A DNA stretch of 64,000 nucleotides from assembly GCF_009914755.1 (NCBI RefSeq), contig NC_060926.1. The stretch is one strand, 5' to 3'. Positions 42,564 through 55,672 of this stretch are shown here, piece after piece (position 1 is the stretch's first letter; the number at the start of each line of letters is the position of its first letter). Source of the DNA: the human T2T-CHM13v2.0 reference genome, Homo sapiens. Position numbers and translations under genes: made by a program. The notes under the pieces were generated by a model, which saw only the letters and a program-made list of their open reading frames with translations, was not told where the DNA came from and did not search any database.

Positions 42564-43514
42564 GTGAGTAAAACATGTTTCATGTTTTTTTCTGATATTA
42601 TAGGTCGTTCATTTTCTTAACAGGTTAATGGATGGTAAGTTCCTCAGATCCAGAGCCCCATTATGCAGCATTTGGAGTTATCAGCTATCGATATTCAGAG
42701 AAAGGACGGAGGATGTGTGTGGTATTAATGGCATATTGTGCATTTTATCTATTTTTAAACAAGAAAGTAATACTTGTTCTTCGAAAAATATAGAGAATTA
42801 GAAATTAGAAATAGGATTATAAATATTACACAAAGTATACCTTTCATTATATATTAACCATTTTAAATATATAATGCTTTTCCAAGCTTTTTTTCCTTGA
42901 AAATTGTAATTGAAAAATGTTATTTTTTCTAGCCAAGGAATTGCTACAGACAGTTCTTTGCCACTTCTTCAGGGTAGCATTTTATGAGTTCTCATGTAAT
43001 GTTGACTGGTTCTATTAATTGGGTCTCTCACAGAGTAGAATCATATCTGTGAATTGTGTTATTTATACAAATACAGGGGATGCATTTTCTCTAAATTACT
43101 AAACAAAGAAAAGTGACATGACGTTTTTCTTTCATGCTAACACAACTTCCTTTGTCTCTCAGTCCTTCTCTTTGCAAATGGATTATGGGTATTTAGGAGA
43201 GGCTAAAAACCCCTGGGAAAACCCCATTTCTTTTGCCCTAATTCTGTATTTTCTTATCATTTTTTCTTACAATACAGAAAATTTCAGTTTGATAGTAATC
43301 AGTATCAACGAATAAAGTGTATATTTGGGCATATCAACCTGCTTTACTTTCAGAACGGTTTTTAGGAATCTAATTTTATCTTTAAACCAAATTCACAAAT
43401 TTAAAGGAGAAAAGAATGAGAGAGACAGAGAGAGAGAGAGAGAGACATGCAAACTGCAAATGTTGTATTCTTTAGATTACATCATAGCACAATTCTAATT
43501 TATTGCTTTGAGAA

Positions 43515-43533
43515 TAGTGACATCTAGTGGTTA
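43515..43533 (-). promoter_or_regulatory. Candidate CTCF site
   Basis: Minus strand reads aaCCACTAGATGTCACTA, one mismatch to the CCASYAGRKGGCRC core. Confidence 0.4.
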
Positions 43534-44039
43534 TAAGGTATTAATACCATGGGTACCTTTGTGTCAAAATTCAACTGCAACTGCAAGTAAAGTCGAATTC
43601 TATCGACACAGAAAATCAAGAGGATTTTATAGGAACTGAAATGTCCTCAGCCACTTTCAGACATCTGTTTATCTGCCAGTAACATTCTAGACAGAATGTG
43701 ACTATTAATTTGAAAGCCAAATACAGTGCAGAATAAAAGGAAATGTTATCAGTTTACCCTTGCGGGAGGTTAAACAATTATAGATTCTGAGGCTGGTTAG
43801 CAGAAACGTATCCTGTGTGTATTATAGAAACAGATTACTTTTAACATTTGCTTCCCATATCGATATAAAGTGTTTGTCAATCGTAAATATTTGTCCTATA
43901 TTTGTTTTCCATTTGATTCCCAATGTATTTGTCTAACACATATATTGATTATGAATTAAAGTAATGACGTGAACCCTTAAAGGAATAGTGACTATTTAGC
44001 TCATATTATGATTAATTAAACCTACTATATGGAACAAGA

Positions 44040-44336
44040 TAATAGGCCCCCTTTTTCCAGAGTTTTTCTTTTAGCAGTTTTAGTTACAGTACAGTAAGAT
44101 ATTTTGAGAGAGACCACATGCATATAACTTTTATTATGGTATAGTGTTATAATTATTCTATGTTATTATTAGTTCTTGTTGTTAATCTCTTACTGTGCCT
44201 AATGTATAAACTGTATCATAGATGTGTATGTAAAAGAAAAAAAACAGTATATATTGGGTTCAGTACTATCCACACTTATAGGCATCTGCTGGAGGCCTTG
44301 GAACACATCCAGCATGGATGAAGGCAGGGGTTACTG
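44040..44336 (+). mobile_element. MER44A-like (Tigger7 family) MITE
   Basis: cagtacagtaagatattttgagagagaccacat...taatctcttactgtgcctaat...ttggaacacatcc...ttactg followed by TA. Confidence 0.85.
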
Positions 44337-44994
44337 TAATATGTTTGACACTTTGCAGTCTACAGATTATTTACAAATTATTAAATTATCATCATTGTAT
44401 ATTAACATCACTCTAATTTTATAGCAAAGTAAAGAAAATATTTAAATATTTAAGTAAATAAGCTAAGCCAACAAAAGCATCCTGGATAAGAGAGTCAATG
44501 AAACCTGGTAAATGGGCCATCTTCCAACTAACCCTTCACCCTGCCCTATTGACATTCCAGGGCAAAGAAATAAATGGCACAATGCTGGCTCCCTGCATTA
44601 AAAGACCACCCAGATTTAGATGGAATAAGAGTAGTGGGAATTATAGTTGTAACAACTGCCATCACCCTCAATTATGGAGTGTCTACTATTTGGCAAACTC
44701 TACTCTAAGAAATTATTATCCTCAGTAATAGAACTAGAAGAAGCATCTGTGATAAAAGGAATGTCTAACCCACCTAAGGTCATAAGGCTAGTACCTCTGA
44801 GATAATAATAGTGCAGATTAGAAACATAGCTTATTCTCCATTTATCAGGATATGTAGCAAATACATATACTATAAACCTAGACTTTTAAAATAGAAGTTG
44901 TTTTTTTGTATATTTGTTTAGTTCTAATTAGGCAAATTTAGATTTTATAAAGTATTTTATTTTGACTTGATATGCTTAATGCTATGTTTTATAA

Positions 44995-45245
44995 ACAGGA
45001 TCTACTGAAAAGAGCACTAGAATTGGAATTAGAAGACTCAGATTTTATCCAAATGTAATATCTCCCTGAACTGTTTGTTCTTGGAAAATTAATTTAATTT
45101 AGCTAAGTTTTTATTTCCTCATCTGTAATTCTGAAAAAAATAATCATTTTAAACTCTCTATAAACCATTATGGAATAAATAAACTGAAATATATGAAAGC
45201 ATTTTGAAAACGTCAAAGCACTGTACAAGTTAAAAGTATTATAAT
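44995..45245 (+). mobile_element. MIR
   Basis: gaaaagagcactagaattggaattagaagac...tttcctcatctgtaa...atatatgaaagcattttgaaaac. Confidence 0.7.
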
Positions 45246-45520
45246 AGTAATGATAGATTCATAAGAGTAACTGGACTGGTTATCTTTTCTGGAGTGAGGT
45301 CAAAAGATGACCTGAGTAAAATAAGCTTTTGGTAAATGTTTGAAATTGCTATTATAGAATCCTAAAGAGAAAAGACCACATTTTTTTTTATGAAAGTAAG
45401 GAAGAGGAAATTTCTAGAATTCAGAAAGTTCGCTACAAATAGACATAGATATTTGTATTTATATTATGTCTGTGGACCAGAGTATCAGATTGATCTAGCT
45501 GGTAGAAAATAGGCAATGTA

Positions 45521-45919
45521 GGCTGGGCAGGGTGGCTCACACCTGTAATCCTAGCACTTTGAGAGGCCAAGGCAGGAGGATCACTTGAAGTCAAGAGATA
45601 GAGATGAGCCTGGCCAACAAAGTGACACAGTGTCTCTACAAAAATAAAAATAAAAAAATTAGCTGGGCACAGTGGAGTGCACCTGTAGTTCTAGCTATTA
45701 GGAGGCTGAAGTGGGAGGGTTGCATGAGCCCAGTAGTTAGACTTTGCAGTGAGCTATGATGGTACCACTGCACTGAAGCCTGAGTGACAGTGTGAGAGAC
45801 CCTGTCAAAAGAAAGAAAGAAACAGAGAGAGAGAGAGAGAAGGAAGGAAGGAAGGAAGGAAGGAAGGAAGGAAGGAAGGAAGGAAGGAAGGAGAGAAGGA
45901 AAGAAATAGTCAAATAGAC
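45521..45919 (+). mobile_element. AluJ with a microsatellite-expanded tail
   Basis: AluJ features (aggaggatcacttga, gagcccag, gagctatgat); TSD aaataggcaatgt at 45507-19 and 45920-32. Confidence 0.92.
45808..45905. repeat. (GAAA)n-(GA)n-(GGAA)12 microsatellite in the Alu tail
   Basis: GGAA x12 at 45842-45889. Confidence 0.97.
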
Positions 45920-46348
45920 AAATAGGCAATGTTACCCTTTTGGAGAAGCACTTTTGTTTTTGCAGAAGATTTTAATTCTGTAATTGCTTTAAAGTCAATG
46001 ATATATAGGAAATATCACTAGTAATGGCTGACACTGAAATCACTGCTATATCCATTAAGCTGTATTTCTTGCTCTTTGACCGGATTCATAGTAACACACA
46101 CTTTGTACAGGCATAATTTTTCAGGTGCCTAATGTATTCCTAAGTATTAAAGAGTGCTGTTTTTAAAAGTTGTTTCTTTGGGTTAAACGGGGGTTTTAAA
46201 TTTATTCATATTTATTGAGCAGTACAGTATCTATACCATAATAATAATATATTATAAAAGAGGTATAAGGCAAATTACCAAATATCAATAAATTAATATT
46301 TTTGGAGGCAAAAGTGTTATATTGCCTAATACTTTGATGGATATTCTA

Positions 46349-48970
46349 ATTTTTTTAATTTTTAATTTTATGAGTACATAGTAGGTATATATATTCTGGG
46401 ATGCATGTGATGTTTTGATATAGTCATAAAATATGCGATAACCACATCAGGGTAATTGAGGTATCATTTATCATTATCAAGTGTTTAACCATCATTTGTC
46501 ATTTCTTTGTGTTAGGAACATTTCAGTTCCACTCTTCGTTATTTTAACATATACAAAAAAAATTTTTGACTGTAGTCACCTCGTTCTGTTCTGCTATCAA
46601 ATAGTAGATCTTATGCTATCTAAGAATGTTTTTGCACTCATTAACTGTCTCCATATTTTCTCCTCTTCCCTGCTACCCTTCCTTGCTGGCCTCTGTTAAC
46701 AATCATTCTACTCTAGCTATTCATGAGTTCAATTGTTTTCATTGTTAGTTCGCATCTATAAGTGAGAACCTGTGAAATTCGTCTTTCTGTTCCTGGCTTA
46801 TTTCACTTAATATAATGTCCTCCAGTTCCATCCACGTTGTTGCAAATGACAGGATTTCATGCTTTCTTAAAGCTGAATACTATTTCACTCTGTATATGTG
46901 CCATATCTTTATTCATTCATCTGTTGAGAAACACTTAGGTTGATTTCAAATCTTGGCTACTGTGAATAGTTCTGCAATAAACATGGGGGTGCAGATATTT
47001 CTTCAATATACTGATTTCCTTTCTTTTAAATTTATACCTAGCAGTGGGATTGCCGGATCATATGGTAGTTCTCCACAGTGGTTGTACTAATTTACATTCC
47101 CACTAACAACAGTATATCAGGGTTCCTTTTTCTCCACCTCCTCATCAGCATTTGTTGTTATTTGTCTTTTGGTCAAAGGCCATTTTAACTGGGGTGAGAT
47201 GATCTCTCCTTGTAGTTTTGATTTGCATTTCTCTGATAAATAATGGTGCCTAGTTTTCACACACCTGTTTGCCATTTGTGTGTCTTGAGAAATGTCTATT
47301 CAGATCTTTTGCCCATTTTTTAATTGAATTATTAGATTTTTTAAATTGATTTGTTTGAGCTTCTTATATATTCTAGTTATTAATCCTTATCAGATGGTTA
47401 ATTTGCAAATATTTCCTCTCATTCTGTAGATTGCCTCTTCACTCTTTTGATTGCTTCTGTTGCTGTGCAGAAGCTTTATAACACAATGTGACAAACTCCC
47501 ATTTGTTCATTTTTGCTTTGGTTGCCTGTGGTTTTGAGATATTACTCAAGCAATATTTGCCCAGACCAATGTCCTGGCTAGTTTCCTCAATGTTTTCTTT
47601 TAGTAGTTTCATAGTTTTAGGTCTTAGATTTAAGTCTTTAATCCATTGTGATTTGAATTTTGAATATAGCAAGAGATAGAGACATAGTTTCATTCTTCCC
47701 ATATAAATATCCAGTTTTCTCAGTATCAGGTATTAAATAAACTGTCCTTTCCAAATGCATGTTCTTGACACCATTGTCAAAAATGAATTCATGGTATATT
47801 TATGGATTTATTTTTGGGTTCTCTGTTCTTACCTATTGGTCCATGTGACTGTTTTTCTTTTGTTGTTGTTGTTTTGTTGTGTTTTCTTTGCCGTTAGCAA
47901 TCTGTAGGTTACTATAACACTGTTGTGTAATTTGAAATCAGGAAATGTGAGTTTTCTAGTTTTGTTCTTTTTCCTCAGGATGACTTTGGCTATACTGGGT
48001 CTTTTGTGTTCCCATACATATTTAAAAATGTTTTATTCTATTTCCGTGAAGTATGATATCAGTATTTTGATAGAAACTGCATTGAATCTGTAGATCGTGT
48101 TGGATAGTATGGACATTTTAACAATACTGATTCTTCTAATTCATAAACATAAAATATTTTTTCCATTTTTTTGGTGTCCTCTTCAATTTTTTGCAACATT
48201 GTTTTATAGTTTTCATTGAAGAGATCATTCACTTATTTTTAACTTTATTCCTAGGCATTTATTTTGTTTTATTTGTAGCTATTCATTCATAAATGGGATT
48301 ACTTTCTTGATTTATTTTTCAGATTGTTTGCTATTGCCATATAGAAATGATACTGATTTTTGTGTGTTGATTTTGTATCCTACAACTTTACTGAATTTAT
48401 CAGTTCTAATAGATTTTTGGTGTAGTCTTTAGATTTTTCTAAATATAAGATCATAATGTCTACACACGAGGATAATTTCACTTCCTCTGTTTCAATTTGA
48501 ATGCTGTTTATTTCTTTCTTTGTTTAATTGCTCTAGCTATGTCTTCCAGTGCTATGTTGAATGACAGTGGTGAAAGTGGGCATTCTGTCTTATCCCAAAT
48601 CTCAGAGGAAAGACTTTTACTTTTTCCCCATTCAGTATGATACCAACTGTGGTTGGTATGATCTTTTTTACTCACAAGAAGATGATGCATGTTATTGAAT
48701 GCTTTTCAGCATCAATTGTAATGATTATATGGTATTGTCATTCATTCTATTGATATAATGTATCACATGATTTATTTGCATATGTCAAACCATCCTTGCA
48801 TGCATAAGATAAATCCTGCTTGTTCGTGATGAATGATCTTTTTAATGTGTTGTTGAATTCAGTGTATTTGTATTTTGTTGAAGATTTTTGCATCAACATT
48901 CATCAGAGATATTTACCTATAGTTTTCTCTTTTTTGTTGTGCCTTTGTCAGGTTTTTGTATCAGGATAAT
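46349..48970 (-). mobile_element. L1MA (MA2/3-like) 3'UTR and 3' part of ORF2
   Basis: tgagtacatagtaggtatatatatt 3' end; ORF 47439-47702 (WIKDLNLRPKTMKLLKENI) is an L1 ORF2p remnant. Confidence 0.9.
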
Positions 48971-49359
48971 TAATGTAGTTTGGATAGTTGTCCCCAGCCA
49001 AATCTCATGTTGAAATGTAATCACCAATGTTGGAGGTGTGGCCTTATAGGAGTTGTTTGGCTCATGGGGACAGATTCTGCATGGCTTGGTGTTGTTGCCA
49101 TAATAGTGAGTTCTCAGAAGATCTGGTTGTTCAAAAAGCCCTCTCCCATCTCTCTTGTTCCTGCTTTAACTATATGATGTGTCTGCTCCTGTTTCACCTT
49201 CCACCATTAGTAAAATCTTCCTGGGGCCTCTCCAGAAGCCAAGCAGATGCCAGTGCCATGCTTCCCATACAGGCTGCAGAACCAATTATATTCCTTTTTC
49301 TTATAAATTTACTCAGCCTCAGGTATTTATTTATAGCAGTATAATAACAACCTAACACA
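48971..49359 (+). mobile_element. MSTB 5' LTR
   Basis: tagtttggatagttgtccccagccaaatctcatgttgaaatg...ccagaagccaagcagatgccagtgccatgctt...cctaacaca. Confidence 0.85.
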
Positions 49360-51345
49360 GAAAATTGGTACAAAGAGTAGAGTGTTGTTATAAATATATC
49401 TGAAAAAGTGGAAGCAGCTTCGTAACTGGGTAATGGTCAAAGGTTGGAAGAATTTAGGGGGCTCAGAAGGAAACATGAAGATGAGGCAAAGTGTGGAGTT
49501 TCTTATAGACTGATTAAATGGTTGTGATCAGATGCTTGTCTATCAAGATGAATAGTGAAGTTCAGGCTGATGAGGCCTCAGTTAGAAATGTAGAACTTAT
49601 TTGAGACTGGAGCAAAGGTCACTCTTCTTATGCCTTAGCAAAGAACTTGGGTATGATATGTTTATGCCTTAGGAATCTGGAAATTTGAACTTGTGTAGGT
49701 TATCTGGTGGAAGAAATTTCTAAGCACCAAAGCATTCACGACATGGCCTGGCTGCTTCTAACAACTTACACTCAGATGTGGGGACAAAGAAATTACTTAA
49801 ATTTGGAAGTTATATTTAAAGAGAAAAGCAGAGGGTAAAAGTTTGAAAAATTTGTAGCCTGGCTATGTGGTAGGAAAGAAAATCCCATTTTCTGGAGAAG
49901 GATTCAAGCAGGCTGTGGAGAAACCACTTGCTAGTGAGATTTGCATAATTAAAAAAGAACCAAGTGCAAAGAAAATAGGAAAAAGGGCTTGAAAGCATTT
50001 CAGAGGTCTCTGAGCCAGCTTCTTGCATCACAGGCCCTGAGGCCTTTTAGAAGGACTGAATGGTTTCCTGGCCCAGGCCCAGGGAAACACTGCCCTGTAC
50101 CATTCCAGGAGGCTGCCTCTCAAATTGTGTCCACGTGGGCTCCAGCCTCAGCTCAAAGGGCCCAAGGAACAGCTTGGGCCACCATTCTGGAGGATGCAAG
50201 CCATAAATCTTGGAAGCTTTTATGGAGTGTAAAGCCTGTAGGCACATAGAGTGTAAAAGTGAAGAAGGCTCAGCACCCTTTGCCTAGATTTCAGAGGATG
50301 TATGAGAAATCCTGGGTGCCAAGGCAGAAGACTGCTGCAGGGATGGGACCCATACAGACAACCTCTATTAGGGCAGTATAAAGAAGAAGTGTAGGGTTGG
50401 AGGCCCTACAAAGAATCCCCACTAGGGCACTACCTAGTGGAACTGTAGGAGGAGGGCCAACATCCTCCAGACCCCAGAATCGTAGATTCAACTGGAATCT
50501 TTCATACCGCACCTGGAAAAGCTGCAGGCATTCAACTCCAAACCATGCGAGAAGACACAGGGGCTGAACCCTGCAAAGCCACAGGGATGGAGTTCCCCAA
50601 AGCCTTGGAAGCCCACCTTTGCACGAGTGTGTCCTGTAGGTTAAAGGAGATTATTTTGGAACTTCAAGACTTAATTACTGCCCCGCAGAATTTCAAACTT
50701 GTGTGGAGCCTGTAGCCCTTCTTTTGGCTGATTTCTCCCTTTTGGAATGGGAATGTTCACCCAATATCTGTACCCACGTTGTATCTTGGAAGTAAATAAC
50801 TTATTTTGATTTCACAGGCTCATAGGTGGAAGGAATTCATCTCCAGATGAGACTTTGGGCTTGGGACTTGGGACTTTTCAGTTAATGCTGGAATGAGTTA
50901 AGACTTTGGGAGACTATTGGGAAAGCACTGAGACAGCCACATGGGAGGGGGTTCCTGGAGAAATTTCAACCAGCCTGCCCACTGGGGTAGAGCCTCGGGA
51001 AGTTTGCACAGTTTTCAGCAGGGAGGAATCTGGCCCCTCCGCTTCCTGCGTGGAACCTGGGATTCAAATGGCAGGACGGGAAGTGCTGTAGCAGGGACTG
51101 TGGCCTTGTAAGAGTCCCTGTTTCACCCTTTTCTTCCTTTCTATCCAATAAACTGTGTCTTACTCACCATTCAAACCATGTGAGCCTAAATTTTCATGGT
51201 CACAGGACTGACAAGGACCCTGTCTTTAGCTGAACTAAGGAAAAGTCCTGCAACAGCATGAACGTATTTTGCATTGTGAGAAGAATTTGACATTTGGTGA
51301 GGGCCAGGGGCAGAATAAAATAGTTTGTATATTTGTTCTCCTACT
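49360..51345 (+). mobile_element. MSTB internal region plus the first ~30 bp of the 3' LTR
   Basis: Starts gaaaattggtac; ends with the polypurine tract gagggccaggggcagaa followed by taaaatagtttgtatatttgttc (LTR start). Confidence 0.85.
50929..51255 (+). mobile_element. MER61(A-like) ERV1 solo LTR inside MST-int
   Basis: tgagacagcc...gagcctcgggaagtt...ccaataaa...tttagctgaactaaggaaaagtcctgcaaca; 4-bp TSD gcac/gcat. Confidence 0.85.
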
Positions 51346-51506
51346 CCAACAAAACATAAATATATTTTATACTCTGTATGATATTCCAATACAGCATTGT
51401 TTATTTCTCAAATTGTTCAAGCTTTGGACATTGGCAGCTGTTTCATTTGGCTGCTGCATAATTATCACACCTATCTTTTTTTTCTTGTCACTTGTTACTT
51501 TCTGAC

Positions 51507-52990
51507 TTATTTGTTTATTTAAATATATTTAAGGGATACAAGTGTAGATTTCTTATATGCATATATTGCATAGTGGTGAAGTCTGGGCTTCTAGTGTACC
51601 CATTATCCAAATAGTGTATATTGCACCCAGTAGGTACTTTTCCAACCCTCGCCCCCTACACTATCCCACCTTTTGTAGTCTCCAATGTACATCATTCCAC
51701 TCTGTATGTCAATGTGTACCTCTTGTTTTGGCCCCCACATGTAGGTGACAGCATGCAGTATTTAGCTTTCTGTTTCTGAGCTATGTTACTTAGGATAATG
51801 GCCTCCAGTTCCATCCAAGTTGTTGAAAAGACATGATTTCATTATTTTTATGGCTAAGTAGTATTCCATAGTGTATTGATATCACATTTTTTAAATCCAG
51901 TCCTCCATTGATGGACACTTAGGTTGATCCTATATCTTCACTATTGTGAAGAGTACTGTAGTAAACATACGAGCATAAGTGCCTTTTTGGTATAATGATT
52001 TATTTTCTTTTTAATAGACACCTAGAAGTGGGATTGCTGGATTATCTGGTATTTATTTTTAAGTTTGTTGAAAAATCACCATACTGTTTTCCATAGAGGT
52101 TGTACTGATTTACGTTCTCACCAACAGTGTATAATTCCATTTTCTCTGCATCCTGACCAATATCTGCTGTGTTTAGACTTTTAAATAATGCCCATTCTGA
52201 CTGGTGTAAAATGGTATCTCATTGTGATTTTAATTGGCTTTCCTCTGGTGATTAGTGATATTGAGCATTTTTTCATATTTTTTGGCACTTGCATACCTTC
52301 TTTTGAAAACTGTATCTTTGTGTCCTTTGACCACTTTTTAAGGAGGTTATTTGGCTTTTTTGTTGTTGAATGTTTTCATTCCTTGTAAATTCTGGATATT
52401 AGCCTTTTGTCAGATAAATGGTTTATAAATATTTTCTCCTATTCTGTAGGTTGTCTATCTATTCTGTTGATTGTTTTGTTTTTTGTTTTTTGGCGTGCAG
52501 ACCTTTTTAATTTAATTAAGTACCATTTGTCTTTGTTTTTGTTGCATTTGCTTTTGAGAGCTTGCTCGTAAATCCTTTGCCTAGGCCAATGTCCAGAAGT
52601 GTATTTCCTAAATATTCTTCCAGGATTTTTATGGTTTCTGGTCTTACATTTAGGTTTTTAACCTATCTTGAGTTAATTTTTGAATGTGTTGAGAGATATT
52701 GGTCCAGTTCACTCTTCTGCATATGGCTTTCCAATTTTCCCGGCACCGTTTATTGAATAGGGTGTCATTTTCCCAGTGTATATTTTTGTTGACTGTGTAG
52801 ATCTGTTGGTTGTAGACAGGTGGCTTTATTTCTGGGTTCTCAATTTTGTTCTATTGATCTATCAGTCTATTTTTATACCAGTACTAAGATATTTTGGTTA
52901 CTATAGCCTTGTAGTATAATTTGAAGTTATGTAAGGTGATGCTTCCAGCTCTGGGTGTTTTTGTTGTTGTTTTGCTTAGGATTGCTTTTA
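51507..52990 (-). mobile_element. L1PB 5'-truncated element
   Basis: gggatacaagtgtagatt...atattgcatagtggtgaagtctgggctt L1PB 3'UTR, then antisense ORF2 to ttgcttaggattgcttt. Confidence 0.85.
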
Positions 52991-55672
52991 TCCAAATATT
53001 CTGATGACAACTTAACTCTGGTTTCATAAACAACAACAATCAAGCAAAGAAAATACTAATAAGAACTCTACATTAAAACTCCATCCCTGACCACTTTTTA
53101 TTGTTTCCATGTATACCTTTTTAGACTATCTCTTAAAAAGTTGTTACAGTTATTATTGTTGATAGGATTGTATTTTAATCTTCCTACTCAAGATAACATG
53201 AGTGGTTTACACATGACAATCATAGTGTTAGAGCATTATGTATTTCTCTTTGTACTTACTGTTACTAGTGAGTCTTGTGCCATCAGGTGATTTCTTATTG
53301 CTTGGTAATGTCATTTTCTTTCAGATTGAAAAACTCCCTTTAGCATTTCTTATAGGACAGGTCTGGTATTGACGAAGTTTCTCAGTTTTTGTTTGTCTGG
53401 GAAAGTGTTTATTTTCCTTTATGTTTGAATGATACTTTCACTGGATATACTATTCTAAGATAATTTTTTTTCTTTTAGCACTTTGATATGTGTCATGCCA
53501 CTCTCTCCTCGCCTGTAAGGTTTCCACTGAGAAGTCTGCTGCCAGATGTATTGGAGTTCCTTTATATGTTGTTTCTTTTCTCTTGCTGCTTTTAGGATAT
53601 TTTCTTTATTCCAGAACTTTGAAAGTTTGAAATCTGCTTGGTGTTCTATGACCTTTTTGTACTTAATTATTGGCATCTTTCTCTAGGTTTTGATCATTTT
53701 CTGTTATTATTTTATTAAACAAACTTTCTACTCTGATCTCTCTCTCTCTCTCTACCTCCTCATTAGGGCCAATAACTCTTAGATTTGCCATTTGGAAACT
53801 ATTTTCTAAGTCTTGTAGATGTGCTTTATTATTTTTTATCTCATGTTTTTCTCCTCTGATTATGTACTTTTTATATAGCTTGTCATCAAGATCACTAATT
53901 ATTTTATTGTTTGATCAGTTCTGCTGTTGAGAGACTTCGATGTATTTTTCATTTTGTCAAATGATTTTTTAGCTCCATTCCTGCTTGATTTTAAAAATTA
54001 TTTTATTAATCTCTTTGTTAAATTTCTCTGATAGGACTCTGAATTCCTTTCTTGTTTTTTTTTTTTCATTATTTTAACTTTTATTTTAAGGTCAGGGGTA
54101 CAAATGCAGGTTTATTACATAGGTAAACTTCTGCCATGGGTTATCTTGAATTTTGTTGAGCTTCCTCAAAACAGTTATTTTTAATTCTCTGTCTGAAAGG
54201 TCACATATCTTTTTCACTCTGGGATTGCTCACTGGTGTTTCATTTAGTTCATTCGATGATGAGGTCATGTTTTCTTGGATGTTCTTGATGCTTTTGGATG
54301 TTCATCAAGATCTGGGCACTGAAGAGTTAGGTATTTGTTTTAATCTTCTCATTCCAGGTTTGCTTGTACCCATCTACTTGAGAAAGCTTTCCAGGTATTC
54401 AATGGGAATTGAATGTTGAGATTGGAGTCTCTGGTTACTATAGCCATATCTGTGCTAGGGGGCACCACAAGCCCAGTAACACTGCAACTCTTGCAGACTC
54501 ATAAAAGTACCACCTTGGTGTGCTTTGGTAAGATCTGGGAGAATTCTATGGATATAAGATAGAGTCTCTTGTTCTATTTCCTTACTTTTGCCAAGCAACC
54601 AGAGTCTGTCTTTCCATGCTTGGCTGTCTGGAAGTGGAGGAGAGTCAATGCAAGCACACCCCGGGCCACCACAGCCAGGACTGCACTGGGTCACAGTACT
54701 ACGTCTTACCCAAGGTTCATGGCAACTACTGCCTGGCTACTGCTGATGTTTATTCCAGGACCAATGGCACCTTAGTCAGCAGGTGATGAAGCCCTCCAGG
54801 GCTGAGTCCTTCCCTTCAGAGAGGCAGGTTTCCTTTTGGCCCAGGGTGGGTCTATAAATGTCAGCCAGGAACTAGGGCCTGGAATCAGGGGCTTCAGGAC
54901 TCTGCTTGGTGCTTTATTATACTGTGGCTGAGCTAGTGTTCAAGTTTCAAAACAAAGTTCTCTTTACTCCTTCTCCTTTCTGCAAGTGGAAGGAGTCTCT
55001 CTCTAAGCTGCATTACCCAGGGTTAGGGGAGGGACGGCACAAGTACTTTGTTGGCTGCCCCAGCTGGTGTCTCACTGGGTTGCATGCAGCCAAAGTCCAC
55101 AGGTTCTGAGCCCAGTATAGCACCAGGACTTGCCCAAGGACTGCAGTCTTTGTGGCCTAGACTGCCTTTCAAATTTATTCAGTACCGCAGGGCACTTGAG
55201 TCCACTAGCAGCAGGGCTTGCTGGAACTCAGGTTCCTACTGCTGGGGCAGGGGATTCCCCTCTGGCTAAAGATGCTCTAAATGCTCCCTCCATGGGGTCC
55301 AGCCGAATTCTGCCCTACATTGTGTTCCACTGTGACAGGGCGGCACTGAGCTCCAATGAAAAGTCCCACAATCACTTAACTCTCCCTCACACAAGCATAT
55401 AGATTCTCTCTCCACAAGGCAAGCTGTGCTGTCAAGGAATAAGGGAGGGGTAGTGAGGCAATACAACACTGTCTTTCCTACTCTCTTCAGTGTCTCTTTC
55501 CTTGATATAATGTTAAAACCAGGTACTGTGATTTTTCACCTGGTTTTTGGTCTTTATGAAGGTGCTTTCTTTTGTGCATAGTTGTACAATTTGGTGTTCC
55601 CACAGGGGGTATGATCACTGATCCCTGGAGGGTTCTATTCAGCTATCTTATTCTACCTTCTCTACCTCCTCC
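52991..55672 (-). mobile_element. L1MA 5'UTR, ORF1 and inter-ORF region
   Basis: ORF 53455-53676 (KENILKAAREKKQ) is an L1 ORF1p remnant; GC-richer 5'UTR at about 54430-55670. Confidence 0.85.
54053..54140 (-). mobile_element. Tiny L1PA 3' end inserted in L1MA ORF1
   Basis: Poly-T, then ttttaaggtcaggggtacaaatgcaggtttattacataggtaaac. Confidence 0.7.

Noticed and set aside
50929-51255. p53-responsive MER61 enhancer
   Set aside because: No paired RRRCWWGYYY half-sites are visible in this copy
49360-51315. Coding-competent MST internal ORF
   Set aside because: Only ORFs under 90 aa remain, and MER61 interrupts the region
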